Origin: Candidatus Woesearchaeota archaeon
GTDB taxonomy: Archaea > Nanobdellota > Nanobdellia > Pacearchaeales > GW2011-AR1
Length of the DNA stretch: 35,577 nt
NCBI GenBank assembly: GCA_964493655.1
Contig: CAZBOY010000002.1
Location: 8,178-43,754 of the forward strand
Reading direction: 5' to 3'
The position numbers and the translations under genes were made by a program. Positions 1 to 10,284 of this stretch are shown here, one piece after another. The notes below the pieces were generated by a model. The model was not told where the DNA came from and did not search any database. It saw only the letters and a program-made list of their open reading frames with translations. Every line of letters starts with the position of its first letter. Positions within the stretch are counted from its first letter, which is position 1.

Positions 1-26
1 CTGCAAGAATAGCTAAAGAAGCAGGG

Positions 27-830
27 ATGTCTGATAGAGCAAGAGAGTTGTTTGATGATGCAATTGAAAGAGAAATGGGGGAAAGAAACACAAATTATGC
101 TGCAAGAATAGCTAAAGAAGCAGGGATGTCTGATAGAGCAAGAGAGTTGTTTGAAAAAGATTCAGGAAAACGAGAGAAAAAGAAAGATTTTTATGGGGCT
201 GCAAATTCTGCAGAAGAAGCAGGAATGCCGGATAGAGCGAGAGAGTTGTTTGAAAAATATGCATTAACTCAACCGAGATCCATTGCTAAAGATTGTCATT
301 TTGATAACAAAAAGATATTAGAAAGAGTTGAAAAACTGGCAGTAAAAACAGGAATAGAAAAAGAAAGGTTATATCGTGAAATAATAGGGGCTTATACAAA
401 AAGATGGGCCAACATCCCTGGAGCAGGCTATAAAACTGCCGCAGAATTTGCAGAAGAAGCAGGAATGCCTGCTGAAAGAATAAGAGATCTAAATCTGCAC
501 GCTATAGAAGGTTTTGCACGAAATAGTTATGCAGATGCAATAAGATTAGCAGAAGAAGCAGGATTAATAAAATTATTAGGGGAGGGGGTTAAAGAAAACC
601 TCCTCAGAAATATAAAAGAAGAAAGAGATTCTGAAGAAACTGCTGAACTTGCAGAAAAATTAGGAATGCCGGATAGAGCGAGAGATTATTATAACAAAGC
701 AATGCAAGAATCTGAGGCCGACGGAAGATTTGAAAATGCAGCGAAACTTGCAGAAAAATTAGGAATGCCGGATAGAGCGAGAGATTATAGAGAACTCAAA
801 AAATTGGTTGGGACAGATTTTCTTTTTTAA
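27..830 (+). CDS. Alpha-helical (TPR/SNAP-like) 33-aa repeat protein, 5'-truncated by the window
   Basis: Frame is open to the window edge. Recurrent AAxxAEEAGMxDRARE motif at 33-aa spacing, with DNA-identical blocks at 1-55/100-154 and 646-689/745-788. Confidence 0.75.
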   Translation: MSDRARELFDDAIEREMGERNTNYAARIAKEAGMSDRARELFEKDSGKREKKKDFYGAANSAEEAGMPDRARELFEKYALTQPRSIAKDCHFDNKKILERVEKLAVKTGIEKERLYREIIGAYTKRWANIPGAGYKTAAEFAEEAGMPAERIRDLNLHAIEGFARNSYADAIRLAEEAGLIKLLGEGVKENLLRNIKEERDSEETAELAEKLGMPDRARDYYNKAMQESEADGRFENAAKLAEKLGMPDRARDYRELKKLVGTDFLF

Positions 831-906
831 TATAGATTATAGAAAATAAAAATAGTTTATATACCCAAATATAAAACTTTAAATAAACCCCCTTCCTTAA
901 ATTAAC

Positions 907-1248
907 ATGTGGTGGAAAAAGAAAAAAGACATGATTGACCTAAAAGAACTTCACGGCAGGAGAATCCATATCCCCCGAGATGACCTAATTGTTCCGACAA
1001 ATAAGGAAGGATTTGTTGAAATGAGTGACGACGACAGGCCAGCCCAAAATAAAATGTCTGGAAATTCTACAGCAATGTTTAATTTTTTAGATTCCCCAGC
1101 AACAACAACCACAGCAATTTCAACAACATCTATAACCAATTCAGAAGAAGTAAGAAAACTCACCCAAAGATTAGAAAGATTAGACAATCTTATTTACAAA
1201 TTAGAACAGAGAATTGAACTACTTGAAAGAAAAGCCGGGATTAATTAA
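907..1248 (+). CDS. Hypothetical protein with C-terminal coiled coil
   Basis: TTTAAATA box 29 nt upstream of ATG; heptad-like C-terminus (VRKLTQRLERLDNLIYKLEQRIELLE). Confidence 0.75.
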   Translation: MWWKKKKDMIDLKELHGRRIHIPRDDLIVPTNKEGFVEMSDDDRPAQNKMSGNSTAMFNFLDSPATTTTAISTTSITNSEEVRKLTQRLERLDNLIYKLEQRIELLERKAGIN

Positions 1249-1250
1249 TC

Positions 1251-1778
1251 TCAGGAAGATAATATTCTTCTAAATTCTGCATCTCCCTTTTTAGAACTAT
1301 CAACACGCGCCCTTTTGAATTCTGCAAGGCTTACCCTCACACCATAAGGATTTTTCCTCCAAGGAATCAAAAATCTTTCTAAATAATCTCTCAAATCTCT
1401 TTTACGTTCTTCAGAATCTCCATGATTAGCAATTTCAACACTATCTTCTAATTTTCCATTTGGATGATATTGGTGTTGAACCAATCTAATTGGACAAAAA
1501 TTATCTAATAACTCCCAAGAATGAAATTCTCTTTTTTCAGCATATTCCAAAAGAAGAGTTTTCAATTCTCTAACCGAAATTTCAGAACAATGAATTTTTT
1601 GAGTAACACTCTCGCCAGTTTCAGGATGTTCCAAAACCACCTCGGCTTCTATACTATACCTAATAGAATTACTAATTTCTTCTCTTCTTTCTTCTTCTGC
1701 ATTTTCTCTAAGTGCCTGACGAGAACTATCAATCTCATAAAAAGCTGTTCTCATCTGAGCTTTTACTCCAGATTTCAT
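1251..1778 (-). CDS. Hypothetical protein
   Basis: 175-aa ORF with normal composition and an upstream TATA-like box; no recognisable motif. Confidence 0.65.
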   Translation of the reverse strand: MKSGVKAQMRTAFYEIDSSRQALRENAEEERREEISNSIRYSIEAEVVLEHPETGESVTQKIHCSEISVRELKTLLLEYAEKREFHSWELLDNFCPIRLVQHQYHPNGKLEDSVEIANHGDSEERKRDLRDYLERFLIPWRKNPYGVRVSLAEFKRARVDSSKKGDAEFRRILSS

Positions 1779-1847
1779 GTTTTCATAGAATTAAAGTGTT
1801 TTAAAAATTTTTGCATTCACAAACTTTATAACTCTCTTATGTCTTAA

Positions 1848-3536
1848 ATGAACATGGAAGAAGATCTAATAGAAGCCTATGCTTTAGAAAACGCCATAAA
1901 TCATAGCGGAAAAGCAACTCAAGGCCCGGTAATAAATGCACTCTTTAATGAGGGGCTGAAAAAACAAGACATTAAAAAAACAATCCCTCTAATTATAAAA
2001 ACCTTGAAAAAAGTCAATTCCCTTTCCCTAGAAGAACAATCAAAAAGATTTGAAAAATTAAAAAACAAAATTAAAAAAAGAGAAAAAAGAATTGGACTTC
2101 CCGAACTTCCGAACATTTCTGATAAAATGACATTTAGATTCGCGCCCTTCCCCTCCGGCCCCCTACATATCGGAAACACACGCCAACTAATTTTAAATGA
2201 CGAATATGCAAAAAAATACAATGGAAAACTGCTCTTAGTAATCGACGACACAATCGGCAGTGAAAAAAAACCAGTTAACCCCGAAGCCTATGATTTAATT
2301 AAAGAAGGAATAGATTGGCTTGGAGCTAAATACGACAAAAAAATTATCTACAAATCAGATAGATTAAAAATTTATTATGATTATGCAGAAGAACTTCTCA
2401 AAAAAGGTTATATGTATGTTTGCGATTGTGCACAAGAAGAAATGCAAAAACTAAGAAAAAAAGGAGTCGAATGTCCATGTCGTAATCTGCCACTTGAAAA
2501 ACATTTAGAAAGATGGAAGAAAATGTTTGATGCAAAACCAGGAGAATTCACAGTTAGATTAAAAACAAATATGTCACACCCAGACCCTGCATTTAGAGAC
2601 AGAGTAATGTTCAGGATTTCTGACCGTATCCACCCCAAAACAAAAAACAAATACAGAGTTTGGCCCCTGCTAGAATTTTCCTGGGCAATTGACGACCATC
2701 TTCTGGGAATAACCCACATCATAAGGGGAATTGATTTAGTAACAGAAACAAATGTTGAAAAATTTATCTGGGATATTTTCAAATGGGAACACCCGACAAC
2801 AATTCACACTGGTTTTTTCACAATAGAGGGAATTAAAATCAGCAAGAGTAAAGGTGCGCAAGAAGTTGGTTCAGGCCAGTATATTGGCTGGAACGACCCG
2901 CGACTCTGGAGTTTGCAATCATTAAAAGACAGAGGAATCCTTCCAGAAGCAATAAGAGAATTCTGCTTAAACATGGGGCTCACTCGTTCAAATTCTGTAA
3001 TTGCAATTGAAGTTCTTTATGCTATAAACAAAAAATATCTTGAAAAAGCCCCAAGGTATTTTTTTATTCCAGAACCAACTAAAATCCATATTAAAGGCAC
3101 GCCAAAATTAAAAGCCATAATTCCGCTGCACCCCTCTGAAAAAATCGGAGAAAGAACTTATGAAACAGAACAAGAATTTTATATTCCGCAAGAAGACTTT
3201 GATTTAATCGAAGATAAAAATTATCGGCTAATGCACCTATTGAATTTCAAATCAGAAGAATTTTTAAAAACAAAACCAAGGGACTTCACATTTATTTCAG
3301 AAGCACCAGATAAAGAACTCAGTGTAAAAATGATTCAATGGCTTTCGGTTAATGCAGAAAATGTCAAGGTAAAAGTGAGAATGCCAGACAATTCAATAAT
3401 AGAAGGTTTAGGCGAACCAGAATTGCTCAAACTAAAACAAGGAGAGCAAATCCAGTTTGAGAGATTTGGTTTTGTGAAATTACACAGCTCTAACAAAAAG
3501 AAAAAAGAAATGGAGTTTTGGTTTTCACATAGGTGA
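1848..3536 (+). CDS. gltX: Glutamate--tRNA ligase (archaeal type)
   Basis: FRFAPFPSGPLHIGN (HIGH motif), KISKS (KMSKS motif), ITHIIRG, and C-terminal QFERFGF anticodon-binding domain. Confidence 0.97.
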   Translation: MNMEEDLIEAYALENAINHSGKATQGPVINALFNEGLKKQDIKKTIPLIIKTLKKVNSLSLEEQSKRFEKLKNKIKKREKRIGLPELPNISDKMTFRFAPFPSGPLHIGNTRQLILNDEYAKKYNGKLLLVIDDTIGSEKKPVNPEAYDLIKEGIDWLGAKYDKKIIYKSDRLKIYYDYAEELLKKGYMYVCDCAQEEMQKLRKKGVECPCRNLPLEKHLERWKKMFDAKPGEFTVRLKTNMSHPDPAFRDRVMFRISDRIHPKTKNKYRVWPLLEFSWAIDDHLLGITHIIRGIDLVTETNVEKFIWDIFKWEHPTTIHTGFFTIEGIKISKSKGAQEVGSGQYIGWNDPRLWSLQSLKDRGILPEAIREFCLNMGLTRSNSVIAIEVLYAINKKYLEKAPRYFFIPEPTKIHIKGTPKLKAIIPLHPSEKIGERTYETEQEFYIPQEDFDLIEDKNYRLMHLLNFKSEEFLKTKPRDFTFISEAPDKELSVKMIQWLSVNAENVKVKVRMPDNSIIEGLGEPELLKLKQGEQIQFERFGFVKLHSSNKKKKEMEFWFSHR

Positions 3537-3717
3537 TTAATTCCAAGTTTCAAAAAAGTTTAGTAATGACGAATAACAAATCGAAGATTTATTAACCATT
3601 AATAAATTCCCAGCAAAAACTAGGAGCGACATAAGGAGCGGAGGTTTTTGCAGAATCTCCAAAAAAAGTTCTAAAAAATGACTATTAAAATAATAAAAAA
3701 GTTTTCAATCAAGAAGT

Positions 3718-3798
3718 TCACTCTCCGTCGTCTTCCTCTCCGCTTTCCTCGTCTTCAGTTTCTTCTTTTTTGTCTTCACAACCACAAGAGTCACACAT
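3718..3798 (-). CDS. Putative 26-aa metal-binding microprotein MCDSCGCEDKKEETEDEESGEEDDGE
   Basis: Translated by eye and absent from the ORF track. G-rich SD-like GGGGG upstream of ATG; CxxCGC motif plus acidic tail. Confidence 0.6.
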   Translation of the reverse strand: MCDSCGCEDKKEETEDEESGEEDDGE

Positions 3799-3870
3799 TT
3801 TTTTCTAACCCCCTTATGGCTTTTTATTCCTTTCTGAGTTTTTAAAGATTTCTAATCTCAAAAAACCCAA

Positions 3871-5736
3871 TCACTTAAAACTCTCATTCAAAACTCTAAT
3901 ATCCGGGCTCATCAAAATAACATGATCTTCTTTAAATCTTAAAGCCCTATAAATCTTTTGGAGTAAATCTCTACGAGCTTTATCCATATAAAACTTCATA
4001 AAATCACCAGGATTTTCTTGTCTCAAAATCTTCCAAAACAAAGAACTTATATTAGGATAAGGATATCTTGTAATAACAACTGAATTGCATTTCTCTCCAG
4101 GAAAATCCACACCACGCGAACACCTTGTTGTAAAAAGCAAATCAGTCTCACCTAATTTAAATTTATCAACCATCCGGCTATTCGGATCTCTCTGCTGTAA
4201 TCCAATTAATCTTTCTCGCGAAATCAAACCATCTAATTTATATTCTGCTTTCTCAAGTTCTGTAGGCAAATCCTTAAAAGCAGAAATATGAACAAGTGTC
4301 GGAGGTTTTGCATTCAAGATACAAGTCTGAAATGCTTTCAAATAATCTCTTCTTGACACAGCCCCAGATTTAAAATTTTCATATTTACAGTTTTTCTCAA
4401 GCCCTGTCCGATATTTAGTAATTGTTCCAGGAGTAATTGTTTCAGCTTCAATTATTTTAAAGTTTTCAAGCCCAAAAATATCCTTAAGAACACTCGCAGA
4501 ATGAAGAGTCCCAGACATTAAAACAAGAACATTATTCGCATCAATTATATCCTGAAATTTCTGCGCAAGATTAATTGAAACCAAACTGACAAAAGTTGTC
4601 TGATCTTTTTTTTCATTTTCCATTTTTTCAAAATTTACATAAGTATCTTTAGTTAAATTTTCAAAACCCTTGCAAATTTCAAAAACTCTATTGTAATAAT
4701 TAGCTTCTTCATCCTCGGCAATAGAAGGATTAGCCAAAATATCTTCAAACAAACCACTCATTTCTGTCTCATTAAGTTTTTGTATATCTGCACCATAAGA
4801 ACCTAAAATCAATTCATTAATTTTATATATCATTTGTTTAATTGCATTTTTATCCTCGCGATTATCTGGAAATAAATTAGATACAGACATCAACAACCGA
4901 TTCAAATTAATCTTTTCCTCATTTGCAAAATTATCCAAAAACTCATCACACTCGTCAATAACATCCAGTTCTGTTTTAGGTTTTCTCCCAATTGCAATTT
5001 CAATTATATACTTTCTTGAATTAAAAATAAACACATCAGATTTTGAATACTCCTCGTACTGGTCATAATAACCACACCCTCTTTTTCTCTGAAAAAGAGC
5101 AAACTCTTTTCCACAAACAGACATATATCTTATCTTCTTAGCATCTTTCAAAACCTTAGACTCAATATTCGAAGGAAGAAGAGGTGACCAATAAGAACAA
5201 GCCGGTGCAATAGACATTCGCCGAACATCTGCAATTGAAGAAAAATCAAACTTCTCCACCACAGGATTTTGTTCTACATATTTTTTTATCAACTCCATAT
5301 TTTTCTCTCGTAATTCAATTGTGCACGGCAAATCAACAGCGTCGCATTTTCCACCAGCAAATGGGCAGGAAAAATTCCCACGACCCTTAATCATAGCAAT
5401 CTTCAATCTCTTCTTATCCTTCCCGAGAATAAACATTTTTTTTGTATAATCATGTTCGTATTGTTCTTGTAAACTTTTTATTGGAACAACAATAGATGTT
5501 TTTTTAAAATGCCGCGCAAGATTAAGAGCAATCGCACTCTTCCCAGTCCCGCACATCCCGTGGATAAAAATTAATTTATGCCCTTCGGCAATTGCATTTA
5601 AAATTTCTTTAACAACATCTTCCTGAGTTTTGCCATTTGAAAATTTAAGTGGCTCAAGCTTTTCAGCAGAAGATTCATCATAGTCAAATATCCCAGTAAG
5701 AGAATCGTCCTCTTTTTTTCTAAACAAGCTCCACAT
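3871..5736 (-). CDS. SF2 DinG/XPD(Rad3)-like DNA helicase
   Basis: Walker A GMCGTGKS, DECD, MSGTL, SRGVDFPG, a motif VI-like QKIYRALR, and a Cys cluster compatible with an FeS or Zn site. Confidence 0.88.
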   Translation of the reverse strand: MWSLFRKKEDDSLTGIFDYDESSAEKLEPLKFSNGKTQEDVVKEILNAIAEGHKLIFIHGMCGTGKSAIALNLARHFKKTSIVVPIKSLQEQYEHDYTKKMFILGKDKKRLKIAMIKGRGNFSCPFAGGKCDAVDLPCTIELREKNMELIKKYVEQNPVVEKFDFSSIADVRRMSIAPACSYWSPLLPSNIESKVLKDAKKIRYMSVCGKEFALFQRKRGCGYYDQYEEYSKSDVFIFNSRKYIIEIAIGRKPKTELDVIDECDEFLDNFANEEKINLNRLLMSVSNLFPDNREDKNAIKQMIYKINELILGSYGADIQKLNETEMSGLFEDILANPSIAEDEEANYYNRVFEICKGFENLTKDTYVNFEKMENEKKDQTTFVSLVSINLAQKFQDIIDANNVLVLMSGTLHSASVLKDIFGLENFKIIEAETITPGTITKYRTGLEKNCKYENFKSGAVSRRDYLKAFQTCILNAKPPTLVHISAFKDLPTELEKAEYKLDGLISRERLIGLQQRDPNSRMVDKFKLGETDLLFTTRCSRGVDFPGEKCNSVVITRYPYPNISSLFWKILRQENPGDFMKFYMDKARRDLLQKIYRALRFKEDHVILMSPDIRVLNESFK

Positions 5737-5767
5737 CTAATTTTGCAACAAAAGAGGTTTATAGTTT

Positions 5768-6289
5768 TTATGCTGCCCTAGGATCTTCATTATCATCTAA
5801 ATGATAACCAGATAAAGCAAGAACTCTATGCATAATCTCTTCACAGGGTTGCATTATGTGTGATGAAAGAAACACTGAAGGAATACCATTTTTTATAGAA
5901 TAGTGTTTGCCTGTTTCTAAATCAACAGAATCTCTTGCACTTGAATCTACATAAATAGGATGAAATCCTCTTGCTTCTTTTGTTATATCTAAAATAACTT
6001 CACGTCTTTCAGATTCCACTTTATTTATTAAATCAGAAGTCCCATGAACAATAACAATCATATTTTCCTTCACATCTTTATCAAAAAGTTTCTCAAAAGC
6101 TTCTTTAGAATCTGTAGTTACAGAATATCCTGCAATTCTTCCAGATTCTTTTAAAGGTTCTAAGGCAAAATCATACATTTGCTTTTGCCCTCTTGTCGTA
6201 GGCAAAGCTAAAACATAACACCTTTTCAGATGTTCATCTATAACTGCTTTTCCTTTTTCAGATTTTCCTTCGTAAAATTGTATTACCAT
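5768..6289 (-). CDS. Hypothetical protein
   Basis: 173-aa ORF with alpha/beta-like pattern; no motif recognised. Confidence 0.65.
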   Translation of the reverse strand: MVIQFYEGKSEKGKAVIDEHLKRCYVLALPTTRGQKQMYDFALEPLKESGRIAGYSVTTDSKEAFEKLFDKDVKENMIVIVHGTSDLINKVESERREVILDITKEARGFHPIYVDSSARDSVDLETGKHYSIKNGIPSVFLSSHIMQPCEEIMHRVLALSGYHLDDNEDPRAA

Positions 6290-6438
6290 CTTAATATATT
6301 TTATATGTTAAGTTATTACCTCTAAAAATTTAGAAGAGATATTAAATTGAGATTTGGGTTTATAAAGGTTTTGGGAGGGATTTTTATTGCATTCACAAAT
6401 AATAAATAATTAAATTTTTTATTAATCTTTAAATCAAT

Positions 6439-6483
6439 CATCGACTCATGGCAGTGTTATCTATCTTAGCAACGCTTGAAGAA
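6439..6483 (+). repeat. Dispersed ~50-bp intergenic repeat, copy 1
   Basis: CATCGACTCATG...TTATCTATCTTAGCAACGCTTGAAGAA aligns by eye with 16141-16191 and 34737-34788. Confidence 0.55.
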
Positions 6484-6701
6484 CTTTAGCACTATCTTAA
6501 AAAATTTTGTGCTAAATTTCCACAAAATCTTTGCAGAACATTAACCAAAAGTCTCCTCTAAGAATGTTTCAAAGATTCATAAATCATCTAAATAATTTCA
6601 AACAAAGTTTGCCTTAATTATTTTTAAATCATTAATTAAAAACTAGAACCAAATTATCTTATGCTACAAAAGCTAATAACCCTAAAACTTTCTCAAACAA
6701 T

Positions 6702-7760
6702 TTAATGTTTCCCGTTATAAATATTAGTAGAGGTTTCTGGATCACAAGCACAAATATCTAATCCTGCTTTTTCCATCCCTCCTTCAAACTGAGTTGCAGG
6801 CATAACTTCTATATACATTCCTGCCCCATTATGAAAAACAAAATTATATGCGAAATCTTTTCCTCTTTCTGGCATAACCTGGGCTAATCTTCTAGCAATA
6901 TGTGTTGTTGCAGCTGCAAAATCTCGTTTCTGAGCAGCAGTTAAGTCCATGATAAAGTCAACATCTTCTCTAGGGATAATAACCGCTTCCAAGCCCCTTC
7001 TTAAATGTGGCGGAGTAGCAACAATAACACTATCATATTCTTTTAAAATTAAATCCTTGGTTAATCTTTTTTTTAGATACTGAGTATATGTTTGTTTTTG
7101 ATCTCTAGCGAAAGCTTCATCTTCTAAAATTCTCAAAGGTTTTTTATTGCAAAAACCCACTTGATAGTGTCCGTGCTCGAGTGAATTTCCCGCCAAAACC
7201 CCGGTATTTTTTATAACTTGCATATGAAGTCCTATTCCCTCCCTATCTGATCTTAAGCATCTTTCTAATCTTCCTAACAAATCATAACTAACTGAATGTT
7301 GTTTTGGGGTAAGTTGATGAATGTCCTGATGAGCCGTGGTTGGCCATAGCAAAAAATGTGCCCCTATCATCACATCATCTGCATCGTCAATATTCTGAAT
7401 CCCAAAAGGACTGTAAAAGGGGAACAAATTAAGATTAACAAAAACATATTCCTTATAATCTGAAAAATCTTCCTCATCTTTTGGGAGCTCTTCGTGTAAA
7501 AAAACAGGGGTTGTTTTTCCTAAACAAATTGGACAATCTCTATTTCCCCCACCTTGTTTTGGTCTATTTAATCTACAAGGATTAAAAACACTTATTTTTC
7601 TAGACCTTGGATCAATACCAAAAGCATTAGGCAAATTTCCTTTTAATCCCTTTCGCTCTATAATCTCTCTTATTCCAGCTAGACTTAGAGGATTTAAAAT
7701 ATCTTTTAACTCTTCTTGTGCTTCTACTTTCAATCCCATTAATACATTCTCATTTAACAT
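6702..7760 (-). CDS. GalT-like (HIT superfamily) nucleotidyltransferase/phosphorylase
   Basis: CPICLG, NLFP, KNTGVLAGNSLEHGHYQ (HxHxQ active site) and C-terminal GGMEKAG..ICACDPE. Confidence 0.8.
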   Translation of the reverse strand: MLNENVLMGLKVEAQEELKDILNPLSLAGIREIIERKGLKGNLPNAFGIDPRSRKISVFNPCRLNRPKQGGGNRDCPICLGKTTPVFLHEELPKDEEDFSDYKEYVFVNLNLFPFYSPFGIQNIDDADDVMIGAHFLLWPTTAHQDIHQLTPKQHSVSYDLLGRLERCLRSDREGIGLHMQVIKNTGVLAGNSLEHGHYQVGFCNKKPLRILEDEAFARDQKQTYTQYLKKRLTKDLILKEYDSVIVATPPHLRRGLEAVIIPREDVDFIMDLTAAQKRDFAAATTHIARRLAQVMPERGKDFAYNFVFHNGAGMYIEVMPATQFEGGMEKAGLDICACDPETSTNIYNGKH

Positions 7761-8022
7761 GAAAATAATAAATTAAAGTTTTATATAAAATAAGAGCACT
7801 TGTTTTTAGGACATTCTCATACAAAACCTGATTTTATATACCTTTATGTGAATTACAAAACAAGAGAATTATAACAAAAATCTATATTTTAATGAATAAC
7901 TGCCTTAAAAATATATGACAAAAGAGTAAACACATAGCACATAATAGTCTGGTTGTCCTATCTGGGAAAACAAGAGTTTAAATACTAAAATATTCTTGTT
8001 AATAAAATGTGTAAGTGCTAAA

Positions 8023-8988
8023 ATGCAACAAATACAAAAACTCGATACAAAAGATCTTGCAATATTAAGGGAACTTGACTCAAATTTCAGACAGCCATTT
8101 TCAAAAATTGCAAAAAAAGTAGGCTTAAGCAAAAATTCGGTTGCATTAAGATTTAATAAATTAAAAGAATGTATGCTTCATAATCTCGTGGGAATTGATA
8201 ATGAGTTGTTAGGATATCACCGAGTTGAAGTATATTACAACTTAGATTTTTATAATGAAGAAACAGAGAAAAAACTTATTTTAGAATTGAAAAAACATAA
8301 AAATGTTTTATGGGCTGCGAGATTTTATGGATACTATGATTTGTGCATCTGCTTATTTGTCTCAAGTTTAGGAGATTTAATAAATCAGATTAAGGATTTT
8401 AATAAGAAATTTTCAAGTAAAATTAATAGAAAAGAAATTCAGATTATACATAAACAATTTCACTTTAGACATAATTTTATTCATGAAAAACCAATAAAAC
8501 AGATTTATGAGGTTCCTAAAGATGAGAGAAAAATAGATTTATCTACCATAGAAAAAAAGATTCTTTTTACAATAAGGCACGCTCCCAGAATGAGTTTAAT
8601 TGAAATTGCTAGAAAAACAAGACTAACTCCTAAAACAGTTTCTAGCCGATTAAAAGAATTAGAGCAAAAAGGGGTGATAACCGGCTATTTTATGACAATT
8701 AATCCGGCAAAATTCAACCATGATTTATATAAGCTCCTGATACAACTTAATAATTCAGAAAGAGATAAAGAATTTGAAGAATATCTTAAGAGTATAAAAA
8801 ATATTAGGCTTATTGCAAAAATGCTTGGTTTGTGGGATTATCAAGTAGATTGTGCTTATCCCAATATAAACTATCTTCAGGAACAAATTGAGATAATGAA
8901 ACAGAAGTTCCCTAATTTAATAAAAAAAATAGGAATTGTAAGTCTGGGATACAGAATCCTCACAAATAAAGAAGATTTTTTGATTTAA
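8023..8988 (+). CDS. Tandem Lrp/AsnC-family transcriptional regulator (two wHTH-RAM repeats)
   Basis: LDTKDLAILREL..R.PFSKIAKKVGLS, and a second unit EKKILFTI..APRMSLIEIARKTRLTPKTVSSRLKELEQKGVI. The ATG at 8023 is preferred over the TTG at 7996. Confidence 0.88.
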   Translation: MQQIQKLDTKDLAILRELDSNFRQPFSKIAKKVGLSKNSVALRFNKLKECMLHNLVGIDNELLGYHRVEVYYNLDFYNEETEKKLILELKKHKNVLWAARFYGYYDLCICLFVSSLGDLINQIKDFNKKFSSKINRKEIQIIHKQFHFRHNFIHEKPIKQIYEVPKDERKIDLSTIEKKILFTIRHAPRMSLIEIARKTRLTPKTVSSRLKELEQKGVITGYFMTINPAKFNHDLYKLLIQLNNSERDKEFEEYLKSIKNIRLIAKMLGLWDYQVDCAYPNINYLQEQIEIMKQKFPNLIKKIGIVSLGYRILTNKEDFLI

Positions 8989-8994
8989 TAATTT

Positions 8995-9570
8995 CTATAT
9001 AAAACTCGCCTTCAAAATCTTTACATCCTCCAAAGGCTTATCCCCAGAATCTGTCTCCACCTTCGCAATCTTATCAACAACATCCATGCCTTCTACAACT
9101 TCTCCAAAAACAGGATGCTTCCCATCAAGAAAATTATTATCAGCTAAATTTATAAAAAACTGACTGCTTCCAGTATTAGGTCCTGCATTTGCCATTGCAA
9201 TTGTTCCGCGATTATTTTTTTGCTCCCCTTTAAATTCGTCCTTGATATTAGGAATTTTAGAATCACCATAACCAGTTCCAGTAGGATCTCCGCCCTGAAT
9301 CATAAACCCGTTAATAATCCTATGGAAAATTGTATTATCATAAACACCTTGTTCAACAAGAGATTTAAAATTCCCAGATGTAACAGGCATATCTGCTCTT
9401 AATTCAATCACAATATTCCCGTGGTTTGTTTCCAGCAAAACTCTGGTTAAATTTGTTTCTGCCATTGTTGAATTTGTTTCTGTTGATTCAGTCATTGTTA
9501 ATTTATAGACTCCTAAAATTATAATTATTGCAAGGGTTATAAAGATTATTGTTAAGGTTTTTTTGTTCAT
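8995..9570 (-). CDS. ppiA: Cyclophilin-type peptidyl-prolyl cis-trans isomerase with N-terminal membrane anchor
   Basis: FHRIINGFMIQGGDPTGTG, RGTIAMANAGPNTGSSQFFIN, LDGKHPVFGEVVEG. Confidence 0.95.
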   Translation of the reverse strand: MNKKTLTIIFITLAIIIILGVYKLTMTESTETNSTMAETNLTRVLLETNHGNIVIELRADMPVTSGNFKSLVEQGVYDNTIFHRIINGFMIQGGDPTGTGYGDSKIPNIKDEFKGEQKNNRGTIAMANAGPNTGSSQFFINLADNNFLDGKHPVFGEVVEGMDVVDKIAKVETDSGDKPLEDVKILKASFI

Positions 9571-9613
9571 CTAATTGAAATAAAAAGGAATGTTTTTAAA
9601 AGTTGTGAAAAAA

Positions 9614-10009
9614 TTATGAAGCTAATGCGGTTCTTTCAAACCAACCAGGTTTCGCAGCCCTCAGTTCTGCAATTATCTTTTTAGCTTCAGGTCTTAAATA
9701 TTCCTCATCCCAATGTCCGGCAAATGAAACCTTTGGAACTGGCTCCCAAGGTCCATCTGGCTCCCCAATCCAAACAAGAGGGCATCCATCTTTTTCATTA
9801 AACGAAGAAAGATATCTTTCAATTTTTCCATCCTTTCCTAATGCCCAAAACAATGCTCTTGACACAGACCATCCTACAAAAACCCCATGAACACTATGGG
9901 AATCATAAGGATGACCCCTCGTACTTTGATATCCTAACCAGTACTCTTTCCCTTTTTCAGGAGTAAAATAATTCTCAGGATCTTCAGAAACTTTAGGGAT
10001 TCCTACCAT
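9614..10009 (-). CDS. Hypothetical protein
   Basis: 131-aa ORF with a TATA-like box about 30 nt upstream. Confidence 0.65.
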   Translation of the reverse strand: MVGIPKVSEDPENYFTPEKGKEYWLGYQSTRGHPYDSHSVHGVFVGWSVSRALFWALGKDGKIERYLSSFNEKDGCPLVWIGEPDGPWEPVPKVSFAGHWDEEYLRPEAKKIIAELRAAKPGWFERTALAS

Positions 10010-10284
10010 AATAGTTTTATAATTTCTAAGGCTTTATAAGAATTATTGTGATGTATGTAGATAATTTTTGTTTTAAAAGTTGTGAAATAAAAAGGATTCC
10101 AAATAAAATTAATTTGTTAATTTATAAACATCTTTATAGAAGAGTTATTCCTATTGCTCTACAAAACTTCTGCGGAAACTTATCCTTATCTTAATATGTT
10201 CGGGATAAATTTCTGTTCCCTGCTGCTATCAGGACCAATCACAATTAATCATAAACATTTATTAGAATATCATCAACTTCAATC

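Noticed and set aside
1-790. Repeat-spacer-like pattern as a possible CRISPR array
   Set aside because: The repeats are in-frame coding units of 99 bp in an open ORF, and no cas genes are present.
951-4291. Antisense or overlapping ORFs (951-1187, 1521-1847, 1919-2251, 2408-2782, 3335-3553, 4085-4291)
   Set aside because: Shadow frames of well-supported genes, with no motifs.
3645-10180. Weak similarity among TTTGCAGAA/CTGCGGAA-containing intergenic stretches (about 3647, 6531, 10170)
   Set aside because: Too short and AT-rich to distinguish from chance.
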